Source of the DNA: an uncultured Planctomycetia bacterium
Lineage (GTDB): Bacteria; Omnitrophota; Gorgyraeia; Gorgyraeales; Gorgyraeaceae
Assembly: GCA_964415355.1 (NCBI GenBank)
Contig: CAYPYS010000003.1
Span: 68,156 to 132,155 of the forward strand
Direction of reading: 5' to 3'
DNA length: 64,000 bases
Below are positions 8,542 to 17,479 of the stretch, one piece after another. The translations under genes and the position numbers were made by a program. Below the pieces are notes generated by a model, which was not told the origin of the DNA, searched no databases, and saw only the letters and a list, made by a program, of their open reading frames with translations. Numbering within the stretch: position 1 is the first letter of the stretch; each line of letters begins with the position of its first letter.

Positions 8542-9069
8542 CTAAACTTGAAACGTCAAGTTAACTGCATCAGGCACGATCCTTGAAACTATAAGAAAAA
8601 ACATGATTATCGCTATTACAACCTTTGCTACTATCGATCCGATTCTTCCCAAAACACTTCCAAGTCCTGCTTTGATCGATTTTACAAGATCTCTTTGTAT
8701 AAAAAATTCCACGAGAAACGCTCCGAGAAAAATACCCAAGAGCGTCCCAAGCACAATCCCTACCCCAAATACCGGTGTCCCTAAAATAGCTCCTGCAATG
8801 CCTCCGATGATCGCGCCTACAATCGCAGGATTTGACGCGCCGAATCTCTTGCCGCCTATTATAACAAAGACATATTCCAAGACCTCGCCGCATAAATATA
8901 GAAGCAGTAAAATTATAAGTATCCTTGGATCTAAAACGAGAAAATCTGTGAGGGATGAATAAATGATAGACCCTAATAATATAATCAAGGTCCCAAACGT
9001 AGTGAAGAAAATAGCCGTAAAGCCTATTATGCTAAATATTACTAAAATTATTAACGCCAAAATCTCCAT
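8542..9069 (-). CDS. DUF456-like membrane protein
   Basis: 175 aa, Gly-rich TM helices typical of DUF456/YqgC. Confidence 0.4.
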   Translation of the reverse strand: MEILALIILVIFSIIGFTAIFFTTFGTLIILLGSIIYSSLTDFLVLDPRILIILLLLYLCGEVLEYVFVIIGGKRFGASNPAIVGAIIGGIAGAILGTPVFGVGIVLGTLLGIFLGAFLVEFFIQRDLVKSIKAGLGSVLGRIGSIVAKVVIAIIMFFLIVSRIVPDAVNLTFQV

Positions 9070-9087
9070 TTTTTGGCTCTCGGCGCT

Positions 9088-9804
9088 TTATTTCTTTTTT
9101 ATAGAATACAGAACAAGGCCTGATATTAAAACCGCGACCAACAAAAGAAGCACAGAAAGGTTCTGCATAAAAGAAGGAGATAACCCGCCAGCTCCCTTTG
9201 TCATAATCAAAGCCCCGTCTTTATCGGAAGACGGTATTCCTTTTTTAAATCTTAGATTACCGCCTGTATCCATCCATAGATAATATTCGCGACCCTGGAC
9301 ATCCGTAAGCATAATCCTGCTTGGACCCGATGTATCGCCACGCAGAATCAAATCCTTTTTAAGAGTCAAAGACCCGGACATTACAGCATCTATGTCATTC
9401 CGTATGAGCTGGCTAGAGTCCAGCATATCTATTGTTTGGGCATTAAATGCATAAGCGGAGGAGGCAAGTTTTATCCTGGGCGCCATTTCTCCGTCGCTGG
9501 CAACTTCTATACCCATCCAAAGATCCTTACCAAAATCTACATCCAAAGGATTTATCGAACCGAGAAGTACATTGAACATGCCATTATTTATAGTAAGTAT
9601 ATGCCCTTCCTCCCAGAGAACCTCGCCTTCGGCATCCACGTCATAAAACCTGAAAGTTACAAGGTAATTGCCGGTCAGAGGGTTATCGTCTTTGTCGGTA
9701 AATCTGCCCTGATAATTTATGACCTGAGGTACATCTGCGTAAGTTGACACAGAAAAATATGCCATTCCGATAATAATGAATAAGACCAAGATAATCTTTT
9801 TCAT
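9088..9804 (-). CDS. secreted protein with C-terminal TM anchor and KKK tail
   Basis: Real start MKKIILVLF (signal peptide); track ORF over-extends into tRNA-Phe; C-terminus LSVLLLLVAVLISGLVLYSIKKK. Confidence 0.45.
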   Translation of the reverse strand: MKKIILVLFIIIGMAYFSVSTYADVPQVINYQGRFTDKDDNPLTGNYLVTFRFYDVDAEGEVLWEEGHILTINNGMFNVLLGSINPLDVDFGKDLWMGIEVASDGEMAPRIKLASSAYAFNAQTIDMLDSSQLIRNDIDAVMSGSLTLKKDLILRGDTSGPSRIMLTDVQGREYYLWMDTGGNLRFKKGIPSSDKDGALIMTKGAGGLSPSFMQNLSVLLLLVAVLISGLVLYSIKKK

Positions 9805-9829
9805 ATATACCCCCTCTGTTTTTGGCTGA

Positions 9830-9905
9830 TGGTGCCGGGGCCCAGAATCGAACTGGGGACGCACGGATTTTCAGTCCGTCGCTCTACCTGCTGAGCTACC
9901 CCGGC
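9830..9905 (-). tRNA. tRNA-Phe (anticodon GAA)
   Basis: GCCGGGGTAGCTCAGCAGGTAGAGCGACGGACTGAAAATCCGT...GGTTCGATTC..CCCCGGCACCA. Confidence 0.8.
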
Positions 9906-9976
9906 GACAGCAACTTGTAATTATTTTATCAAAGCCTCTACTTATGTCAATACAAATAGTTTTATTTTCACTGTCT

Positions 9977-10013
9977 TAACTTTACATTTCAACAACGTTA
10001 AAGTGTAAAGTTA
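9977..10013. repeat. element copy 6; encodes NFTL-stop of ApbE
   Basis: taactttacatttcaacaacgttaaagtgtaaagtta. Confidence 0.9.
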
Positions 10014-10861
10014 GCGTCTGCTTCTATTATTAAAACTTCTGTGTCTTTTAAAGATTCTATGAGTCGCGAACCCTGTTCTTTGCCCATTACAAAGACAGCT
10101 GTAGAAAGGGCATCTGCTTCTTCTGCTGAACTGGCAATGACAGTAACGCTAGCAATGCTTTCGGCGGCCTTGCCGTTAGCAGGGTCTATTATATGAGACC
10201 CTCTTTCATAATAACCTGACGTGGAAATAGCCTTATCTCTTAAATCCAATTTATATATTATTTTTTTCTTATTCTCAGGGCTCTGTATTCCTATCTTCCA
10301 GGATTCTTTGCGCAGTGGATTGCCCAACGCATATATGTTCCCCCCGATATTTATCAATGCATTACTGACTCCCTTTGACAATAAAATTTCTTTTGTCCTG
10401 TCTACTGCATAGCCCTTTGCTATCCCGCCCAAATCTATCTTCATATCTTCTTCTAAAAAACGTACGGATAATCTTTCTTTATCTAAAGAGATTTTTTCAT
10501 ATCTTCCTTTTTTTAAAGGCTCGATCGTTATATCAAAGCTTCCGCTGCTCAGCCTGCTATAATTAATAGCTCGCTCTATAAGTCCGAAAACCTCTGCGTC
10601 TATATTTACAGCCCCACTGCCTGCGAGCCTATTTATCCTTGAAACCTCGCTTTCATTATTAAATTTATCAAAAATTCTTTCTATGCGCTCTATCTCTCTA
10701 AACGCATCCTCAATCGCATCGGATGCATCTCTCTCGTCAGAAGCATAATAAGATATCTCTGCAAAGGTATCCATTGCGATCCTTGTCTCCTTAAACAGTC
10801 GAGGCTGACTGCAAGAACAAAAAAATAGAAAAACAAAAATAAACAAAAATATATTCTTCAT
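9998..10861 (-). CDS. apbE: FAD:protein FMN transferase (ApbE family) lipoprotein
   Basis: DLGGIAKGYAVD, IDPANG motifs; lipobox FFCSC; last 4 codons plus stop encoded by repeat copy 9977..10013. Confidence 0.8.
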   Translation of the reverse strand: MKNIFLFIFVFLFFCSCSQPRLFKETRIAMDTFAEISYYASDERDASDAIEDAFREIERIERIFDKFNNESEVSRINRLAGSGAVNIDAEVFGLIERAINYSRLSSGSFDITIEPLKKGRYEKISLDKERLSVRFLEEDMKIDLGGIAKGYAVDRTKEILLSKGVSNALINIGGNIYALGNPLRKESWKIGIQSPENKKKIIYKLDLRDKAISTSGYYERGSHIIDPANGKAAESIASVTVIASSAEEADALSTAVFVMGKEQGSRLIESLKDTEVLIIEADANFTL

Positions 10862-10863
10862 AA

Positions 10864-10906
10864 CAAAATAAAAAATCCCGCACCTTTTAGAAAAAAGATG
10901 CGGGTT
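10864..10906 (-). terminator. intrinsic terminator after pdaD (GC stem cccgca/tgcggg then U-run on minus strand)
   Basis: aaataaaaaat-cccgca-N16-tgcggg on plus strand gives hairpin followed by UUUUUUAUUU in the minus-strand transcript. Confidence 0.5.
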
Positions 10907-10924
10907 GGCTAAAATCTTAAAGCA

Positions 10925-11557
10925 TCAAAATAAAAATACTGCTGCTGCTATAACAGTAGACCAGTTTCCGTTCGGGTCTATTATCGTGGACTGGGTGACA
11001 TTCCCGGTTTTGACAATCTTATCGCTCATCCTGTATTCTTCTTTCACCTCGTCCCAGTTTTTGGAATCATCGAAATCTGAAAATCCCAATGTAGACGCAA
11101 GCATCCTGGCTGCCAACTCTTCAGCATAGTCTCCAGCGGTCTCGTCAGTCTCACCATATGCATGATGCTCGCTCAAATATCCATACATATTATCTTCGGC
11201 GGGTATTGCACTTCCAACAGAAGACGCGATTAGCCGTCGAGGCTCGTTAGAGCTGCAGCGCGCCAACACACAATATGTTATCATGCCAGGCACGAGTTCT
11301 TTGATGCCTTCGTTTCGCGAAAGGATTTTACATCCAGGCGGAAAAATACTCGAGACATAGACAAGATTGCATTTTTCAATACCTGCGTCTTTTAAGGCCA
11401 GCTCGTACGAGCGGAGTTCTTCTTTATGAGTACCCACTCCTTTTGTAAAAAAAATCTTAGCGGGCACCAGTTTAACAGGCTGTTGTTGCGTCGCAGGAGA
11501 TGCTGACTGTTGCGCCGCAACTGTTTGCTGTGATCCGTTACTGTTGTTATTATTCAT
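10925..11557 (-). CDS. pdaD: pyruvoyl-dependent arginine decarboxylase with ~40-aa Q/N-rich N-terminal extension
   Basis: [43 protein letters not shown] matches PdaD/AaxB family. Confidence 0.65.
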   Translation of the reverse strand: MNNNNSNGSQQTVAAQQSASPATQQQPVKLVPAKIFFTKGVGTHKEELRSYELALKDAGIEKCNLVYVSSIFPPGCKILSRNEGIKELVPGMITYCVLARCSSNEPRRLIASSVGSAIPAEDNMYGYLSEHHAYGETDETAGDYAEELAARMLASTLGFSDFDDSKNWDEVKEEYRMSDKIVKTGNVTQSTIIDPNGNWSTVIAAAVFLF

Positions 11558-11559
11558 GC

Positions 11560-12081
11560 TTAATTGCCTTTAGGATGTTCGGTCGCCTGGGGATGCTCAG
11601 CTGCTTTGGGATGTTCGGCTGGCTTCGGATGCTCGGTTGCCTTGGGATGCTCAACCTTCTCTGCTTCCTCTACTGCAATTTCTACCTCTTCCGTCTCTGA
11701 TTCTTCTATTAAAACATCCACCCAGCTCGCGATAAGCTTACCGCTTTCTTCACTATAATAACCTACCTCTGCCGTATCTCCTTCTTTAACATCTGAAAGC
11801 TGTATATCCTCTATCCCCTCCCAGAGTATTGTCTCTTCTTCCACAACAGAAAATTCTCTTTCAATTCCATCCTCCGTCTTCACAGCTATAACGCCTGTAG
11901 TCACATCTAAAGACGTTACCTCTCCGGTGATAACCCCTTCCTCTAACTCTCCTGCCTCAAGAGGTATGAGTTCTTCTAGATCGCTAGACGCTGTCTCTTC
12001 AACTTCTTCCTGAGCAAAAATAGGGGCCGATAAAAAAAGGACCGCAAAAAATAAAATAAAAAATTTAATCGTGCTTTTCAT
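11560..12081 (-). CDS. secreted acidic protein with C-terminal (EHPKxx)5 repeats
   Basis: Signal peptide [23 protein letters not shown], acidic linker shared with next gene, 18-bp tandem DNA repeats at 11565..11655. Confidence 0.4.
   Translation of the reverse strand: MKSTIKFFILFFAVLFLSAPIFAQEEVEETASSDLEELIPLEAGELEEGVITGEVTSLDVTTGVIAVKTEDGIEREFSVVEEETILWEGIEDIQLSDVKEGDTAEVGYYSEESGKLIASWVDVLIEESETEEVEIAVEEAEKVEHPKATEHPKPAEHPKAAEHPQATEHPKGN
11565..11655. repeat. 18-bp tandem repeat x5 (ttgggatgctcggctgcc-like) encoding EHPKAT repeats
   Basis: Visible periodicity ggatgctc every 18 bp. Confidence 0.6.
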
Positions 12082-12142
12082 GACGCATCCTCCTTTTTAA
12101 AATCTAAAAAGATTATAGCACAAAAAATATCTTTTTCAATGA

Positions 12143-12649
12143 TTATGGTGCTACTTGTGCCCTCGATGTTACGAATACGTATTCAAGATCTTTTTTCCCC
12201 GAATTTTTTATATCGTGTGGTATCTGCGGCGGTATATATAATACGTGATTTTTTCTGATTTCAAAAATTTTATTTTTACCTACGAGTGCTTCTCCTTTGC
12301 CTTTTAAAATAATAAGGATCTCTTCTCTTCCATTTGTCAAATGCTCACCCGTGCTCTTGCCCGGCTTTAGCGTGACATGGCCAGATTCTAGATCTACACT
12401 GCCCAAATCCTTGTCGATCAGTCTCTGATATCTTTTTCTGGATTCCACTTTGACTAACTTCGGCTCTTTCATGCTAGCTGATGTGACCTCTCCCGTAATC
12501 ACGCCCTCCTCCAGTTCCTCTGCTTTAAGAGGAATGAGTTCCTCCAGATCCTCAGCTGCCGCCTCTTTAACTTCTTCCTGAGCAAAAATAGGGGTCGATA
12601 AAAAAAGAATAGTAAAAAATAAAATAAAAAATTTAACCAAGCTTTTCAT
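12143..12649 (-). CDS. secreted cupin-domain protein (chimera: N-terminus as in 11560..12081, cupin as in 12713..13042)
   Basis: Signal peptide plus acidic linker near-identical to neighbour; C-terminal 109 aa ~80% identical to next gene; cupin_2-like GEHxxxxxEE..HDI pattern. Confidence 0.5.
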   Translation of the reverse strand: MKSLVKFFILFFTILFLSTPIFAQEEVKEAAAEDLEELIPLKAEELEEGVITGEVTSASMKEPKLVKVESRKRYQRLIDKDLGSVDLESGHVTLKPGKSTGEHLTNGREEILIILKGKGEALVGKNKIFEIRKNHVLYIPPQIPHDIKNSGKKDLEYVFVTSRAQVAP

Positions 12650-12712
12650 AACGCACCCTCCTTATTTTAAAATCTAAAAAGATTATAGCACAAAAAATAT
12701 CTTTTTCAATGA

Positions 12713-13042
12713 TTATGGTGCTACTTGTGCCTTTGATGTTACAAACACATACTCGAGATCTTTCTTGCCTGAATTTTTTATATCGTGGGTTGTCTGCGGC
12801 GGTATATATAATACATGATTTCCTTTGATTGTAAAAATTTTATTCTTATCTACCACTGCTTTGCCTTCTCCTCTTAAGACAATAATGATCTCTTCTCTTT
12901 CATTTGTCGAATGTTCGCCTATATTCTCGCCCGCCTTTAGCACGACGTGGCCTGATTTCAAGCCGGAACTACCCAAGTCTTTATTGACCAATCTCTGATA
13001 TTTTTCTATGGACTCTAGTTTTACTAACCTTGGCTCTTTCAT
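12713..13042 (-). CDS. cupin-domain protein (stand-alone, no signal peptide)
   Basis: Paralog of C-terminal half of 12143..12649; TATTATAAT immediately upstream of ATG, no SD. Confidence 0.45.
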   Translation of the reverse strand: MKEPRLVKLESIEKYQRLVNKDLGSSGLKSGHVVLKAGENIGEHSTNEREEIIIVLRGEGKAVVDKNKIFTIKGNHVLYIPPQTTHDIKNSGKKDLEYVFVTSKAQVAP

Positions 13043-13103
13043 ATACGCTTATTATAATACATGGGGAGGTATTTTTGGAAGTAAATATATTTTTGACCTG
13101 CAT

Positions 13104-13139
13104 AACTTTACACTTTAACGTTGTTGAAATGTAAAGTTA
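13104..13139. repeat. element copy 7, abutting tRNA-Asp 3' end
   Basis: taactttacactttaacgttgttgaaatgtaaagtta. Confidence 0.9.
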
Positions 13140-13216
13140 TGGCGGGGACGACGGGGCTCGAACCCGCGACCTCAAGATCGACAATCTTGCGTTCTATCCA
13201 AACTGAACTACGTCCC
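13140..13216 (-). tRNA. tRNA-Asp (anticodon GTC)
   Basis: GGGGACGTAGTTCAGTTGGATAGAAC..CAAGATTGTCGATCTTG..GGTTCGAGCCCCGTCGTCCCCGCCA. Confidence 0.8.
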
Positions 13217-13243
13217 CAAAATTTTCTCTTTTAACGTGCGATA

Positions 13244-13321
13244 ATGGTGGGCGGTACAGGGCTCGAACCTGTGAAACCTCTTCGGTGTAAACGAAGCGCT
13301 CTACCAACTGAGCTAACCGCC
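13244..13321 (-). tRNA. tRNA-Val (anticodon TAC)
   Basis: GGGCGGTTAGCTCAGTTGGTAGAGCGCTTCGTTTACACCGAAG..GGTTCGAGCCCTGTACCGCCCACCA. Confidence 0.8.
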
Positions 13322-13377
13322 CTGTTAAGCGCCTTAATACTATACAATACCAGCCACTATGTTTCAAGCAATATTTC

Positions 13378-13827
13378 TCAGAGCTTTCCTGCCGCCATCA
13401 TTATGAATACCATTACAAATAGCGCAACTGTTTCGATGATACCGAGGACCATAAGGTAGTTTCCAAAGCCTTTACCTGTCTCTGCCATTGCGTCAGCTGC
13501 TGAAGCACCTGCCTTGCCCTGCATCCACGCGGACATGCCCATCGCAATACCGCAGAGAATCCCTGCGGCCCACATGAACTGGCCTTTCTTCGCTAGTTCT
13601 ACAAGCGTATTCATCACTATCATGCCATAGATCGTCTGTGTTAGCGGTGCGCCGACAAATACAGTGAGCACGAAAGGCGCGTTCTTATTCTGCGCAAAAC
13701 ACTTCTTCCATGAACCCACTGCTGCCATGCCTGCCGCGCCTGTGCCGAGCGCCGAGCCTATTGCGGCAAATGCCAGAGATGCTGCGATCCCCAGATCCTT
13801 AAACTGCAATAATAAATTCGCATCCAT
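13378..13827 (-). CDS. ntpK: V-type ATPase subunit K (proteolipid)
   Basis: Start MDANLLL with AGGAGG RBS; two-hairpin proteolipid with conserved Glu. Confidence 0.85.
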   Translation of the reverse strand: MDANLLLQFKDLGIAASLAFAAIGSALGTGAAGMAAVGSWKKCFAQNKNAPFVLTVFVGAPLTQTIYGMIVMNTLVELAKKGQFMWAAGILCGIAMGMSAWMQGKAGASAADAMAETGKGFGNYLMVLGIIETVALFVMVFIMMAAGKL

Positions 13828-13828
13828 A

Positions 13829-15583
13829 TCAACTTGCCTCCTGTCTAAAAGGTTTATATTCGACTCCTGACCACTCCATATTAAGATGACTTGAAAACTC
13901 CAGGACATTCAGACGGACCCCATGCACCAGGACAGCCATCGCGCCCAATAAAATGTTCAATGTGTGACCGAAAATAAGGACAAGCGCTGTAAAAAATCCG
14001 GAAATTATATCCCCGTATCCGATGCCTAGCGCCATCTGATTAAACGCGTCTGCCACAGCAACCGTTGCTGCTCCTACAGCGAACAAACGTATATATGAAA
14101 CTGTGTCGGTAAAAGCATTTATTACATTAAGAAGCAGACCTCCTATCCCGGAACCAATCGTCTTAAAAATGTTTTTGGTGGGATTCGTGCAAAGAATAAC
14201 GAGGCTGGCACCACAAATAAAAAGGTATTTACCTGATTCGGGAAATATCTCTCCCAATATCAGCATCCTCGCCAGAAAATACGCCGCCCACAACATACAC
14301 ACCCACCCTGCCTCTGAAAACGCCTTAAGTGAAGGCATCTTACGTATGAATCTCCACGTATGCGCGATGCTCAGATGAAGCGCGCCTATAAAAAAACAAA
14401 GCGCTTGGATATTTCTGCTCTCTCTTAAAAAAGGAAGAAGCGGCTTTACAGTCGGAGGAAGCCATGACTGACCAAAAAAAGTGCCGGTCAAAACACCCCA
14501 TATAATCGTAGAGATACTCAAGAAATACGTAAGTATAAAAATAGATTTATCCTTGATCCTATTTTTAAACCTAGCGTGGCAAAAAAGATTGGCGATAAAA
14601 AATACGACTCCGTATCCTGCGTCACCTATAAGCATCCCGAAAAATACCGAGAAGAACAACAGAAACCAGAAACTTATATCCATCTCTCTGTATCCGGGTA
14701 TGGTCTTTATCACCTGGAACACGGGCTTTATCATTTCTATCCAGCGCGGATTTTTTATTAAAGTCGGGACATTATCGCTTTCATCCGGATCTTCGACGAG
14801 AAGCCCCCACCTTTCAGCCTTTGTGCGCCTTTCAAAAGAATTAACAGCATGGACCGGACAATACCCTATGATGTACGAAAGGTTTTCGAATCTGCCCATG
14901 CCTGCACGCGCCCTGTTAAACTCCAGGATTGACTCAAGATGTCTCTTGTGAGATATTAGTAAATTTTTATATCCTGCCAATTCTATTAATCTTTTATCAA
15001 TACCGGAAAGTCTCTTTTTATGTTCTTTTTCCTCGGCGATCATCTCTCCTAAGCTCTTGGCCGGCATATTCAATGTGCCAAACTTTAAATCCATATCTCT
15101 CTGCGATATTATCGCGCAATAATGTACATTGCCTTTCTTAAAAAGTTTTTCCAGAATGACCTCGCCCGGCACTTCCTTTATCTGTTTTTTTGTAAGCCTG
15201 CAAAGATAAACTGACACTCCCCTACTCTTCAAATCATCTATAAACTCTGGATCAAAATCCCCCCACGCCTTCCATGTCTCTATGTCCTTGTTTATCTTTC
15301 TCAGGCTTTCCAGGATGATCTCTTTTTTGTCTACCAGGCTGACTGCCTCATGGGCTAATTTTCCAGGACCTTCGCTTAAATGTCTATTGTCTTTGGTGTT
15401 AGGCAATATATCTATGGCCTTTGAAATAGAGAGACATGTTCTCTCTACCTCTTTTATGCCTTCCCCCTCCGGGGCATTTTGGTGCTCTATATGTAGAAGC
15501 CCTAGTTTTCCTAAAGATGTAAGCGCCTCCTCGACATCTTTGGCTTGAACCACAAGGGTTATTTTTTTCATCCTGACGATCAT
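13829..15583 (-). CDS. ntpI: V-type ATPase subunit I
   Basis: 584 aa, soluble N-terminal half plus multi-TM C-terminal half. Confidence 0.85.
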   Translation of the reverse strand: MIVRMKKITLVVQAKDVEEALTSLGKLGLLHIEHQNAPEGEGIKEVERTCLSISKAIDILPNTKDNRHLSEGPGKLAHEAVSLVDKKEIILESLRKINKDIETWKAWGDFDPEFIDDLKSRGVSVYLCRLTKKQIKEVPGEVILEKLFKKGNVHYCAIISQRDMDLKFGTLNMPAKSLGEMIAEEKEHKKRLSGIDKRLIELAGYKNLLISHKRHLESILEFNRARAGMGRFENLSYIIGYCPVHAVNSFERRTKAERWGLLVEDPDESDNVPTLIKNPRWIEMIKPVFQVIKTIPGYREMDISFWFLLFFSVFFGMLIGDAGYGVVFFIANLFCHARFKNRIKDKSIFILTYFLSISTIIWGVLTGTFFGQSWLPPTVKPLLPFLRESRNIQALCFFIGALHLSIAHTWRFIRKMPSLKAFSEAGWVCMLWAAYFLARMLILGEIFPESGKYLFICGASLVILCTNPTKNIFKTIGSGIGGLLLNVINAFTDTVSYIRLFAVGAATVAVADAFNQMALGIGYGDIISGFFTALVLIFGHTLNILLGAMAVLVHGVRLNVLEFSSHLNMEWSGVEYKPFRQEAS

Positions 15584-16191
15584 ATCAAGGCTTCCTCTAA
15601 TTTTTCACTTTTATTCTTCGCGATCTTCGAACGGCCCACGGCATTAGTCTGCTGGTCACCAAGACATATTCTTATGAGCCGGATATTCTCCATCGCCTCA
15701 GGTATCTTTATTTTTTCAAAGAGATTGACGCGCTGAGCGGTTATCCTTAATTCATGCCCTAAGATCTTCAATTGTTCCTTGAATATTTTCTCTTCCTCTA
15801 ATAATACAACAAGCTGTCTTATCTTTTCGATCGCCCTATCCACCCACAGCGGAGTCAAAAACATATCATAATCAGGTTCGTCAAAATCCTCTCCTTCAAA
15901 AGTCGGCATATCGATCCCGGCTATATTTAATTCTCCTATGCGGATTCTCCTGGGCTTTATCCATTTAGAAACATAATCACCTGGTTCATTCAGGAGACTT
16001 GCCCATTCATTTATCTCGTTTTCCGCGCTGTATATCTCCTGTAGCTTCAGCTTTAATTTTTCGTGGATATGGTGTATCTCCAGCTGCAGTTGTTGTTTTT
16101 TTAATTGTAGGATAGGGAGGTAATGCGTGAATTGCTTCAGCGACTCGCGCTGTCTCTTTAGTTCGCCTTTTGTGAGTTTAATCTTTGCCAT
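15580..16191 (-). CDS. ntpD: V-type ATPase subunit D
   Basis: [21 protein letters not shown] coiled-coil, 203 aa. Confidence 0.85.
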   Translation of the reverse strand: MAKIKLTKGELKRQRESLKQFTHYLPILQLKKQQLQLEIHHIHEKLKLKLQEIYSAENEINEWASLLNEPGDYVSKWIKPRRIRIGELNIAGIDMPTFEGEDFDEPDYDMFLTPLWVDRAIEKIRQLVVLLEEEKIFKEQLKILGHELRITAQRVNLFEKIKIPEAMENIRLIRICLGDQQTNAVGRSKIAKNKSEKLEEALI

Positions 16192-17479
16192 GCGGCCAGA
16201 ACTCCTGCACCAGTTCTGATTTTATTCCCACTTCGAATGATTCAAAATGCTCCGCCAGGATCTGCCAGCCCAGGTCCAATGCATTCTCGAGGGTGACATT
16301 TACGGATAGATCCATCATCTTCCGTTCGAATGCCTGACCGTATCTCAAAAGTTTTTTATCCCACTCGCTCATTCTAAATCCCATTGCCTGTTTTTCCAAT
16401 GTCGAGCGATAATCGGCAAAAAGCTGGATCATCCTGTTCATGACTATCCTGTGGTCTTTCCTCGTGCGTCCATTTACCTGCTGCTTGAGACGACTAAGGG
16501 AACCAAACGGCTCTATGGATTTGTTTCTCAGGTAAAACTGTCCCTCTGTGATGTAACCGGTGTTGTCAGGCACTGGATGAGTAACATCGTCGCCCGGCAT
16601 CGTAGTGACAGCGAGCACTGTAATAGAGCCTGCTGTATCAAAATCAACTGCCTTTTCGTATCGACTCGCCAGCTGGCTGTATAGATCTCCGGGGTAACCC
16701 CTGTTTGAGGGAATCTGTTCCATTGTAATCGATATTTCTTTTAGTGCGTCGCAAAAATTTGTCATATCGCTTAAGAGTACCAGCACGCGCTTTCCTTTTA
16801 ACGCAAAACCTTCCGCGACAGCCAGGCTGATATCAGGCACGAGAAGACATTCGACCGTAGGGTCAGAAGCAGTGTGGACAAAAAATATAGATCTCGAAAG
16901 CGAACCGTGTTTTTCCAGCGTATCCCTGAAGAAAAGATAGTCGTCGTATTTAAGGCCCATGCCCCCTAAGATTATCAGATCTACTTCTGCCTGGGTCGCG
17001 ATGCGGGCAAGCACATCATTATAGGGTTCTCCGGGCACTGAGAATATGGGAAGTTTTTGCGATTCCACCAGCGTGTTGAATATATCTATCATGGGGATGC
17101 CCGTACGGACCATCTTTCGAGGTATGATCCTTTTCGCGGGGTTTACAGGGGGCCCTCCTATCTCTGTCATATTCTCGACGAGCTCAGGGCCATTGTCCCG
17201 CGGCAGGCCTGCGCCGTTAAATATACGACCCATGAGATTTTCGCTAAAAGAAATCCTCATTGCATGCCCTAAAAATCTTACCTTGTCGCCCGTAGATACG
17301 CCTCTCGAGCCTGCGAATACCTGTAAATATACACGTTCACCATCGATCCTTATGACCTGGGCTAAAGACTTTCCTGCCCTGGAGGCTATCTCGGCAAGAT
17401 CCTTATAGCCTATATCCTTTGCTTCTACTGTCACGACATTCCCTGCTATCTGTATTATGCGGTTATATATTTTCTGCAT
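16178..17479 (-). CDS. ntpB: V-type ATPase subunit B
   Basis: 433 aa non-catalytic nucleotide-binding subunit. Confidence 0.9.
   Translation of the reverse strand: MQKIYNRIIQIAGNVVTVEAKDIGYKDLAEIASRAGKSLAQVIRIDGERVYLQVFAGSRGVSTGDKVRFLGHAMRISFSENLMGRIFNGAGLPRDNGPELVENMTEIGGPPVNPAKRIIPRKMVRTGIPMIDIFNTLVESQKLPIFSVPGEPYNDVLARIATQAEVDLIILGGMGLKYDDYLFFRDTLEKHGSLSRSIFFVHTASDPTVECLLVPDISLAVAEGFALKGKRVLVLLSDMTNFCDALKEISITMEQIPSNRGYPGDLYSQLASRYEKAVDFDTAGSITVLAVTTMPGDDVTHPVPDNTGYITEGQFYLRNKSIEPFGSLSRLKQQVNGRTRKDHRIVMNRMIQLFADYRSTLEKQAMGFRMSEWDKKLLRYGQAFERKMMDLSVNVTLENALDLGWQILAEHFESFEVGIKSELVQEFWPHGKD

Noticed and set aside
8544-8561. Short hairpin aacttga-aacg-tcaagtt between the DUF456 and DUF4126 genes
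   Set aside because: It shares only the loop flavour with the main element, lies inside the 3' end of a CDS and has no U-run. It is not counted as a copy or terminator.
13378-13908. Extended start of the V-ATPase K subunit ORF
   Set aside because: An AGGAGG RBS and the conserved proteolipid N-terminus support the internal start at 13827.
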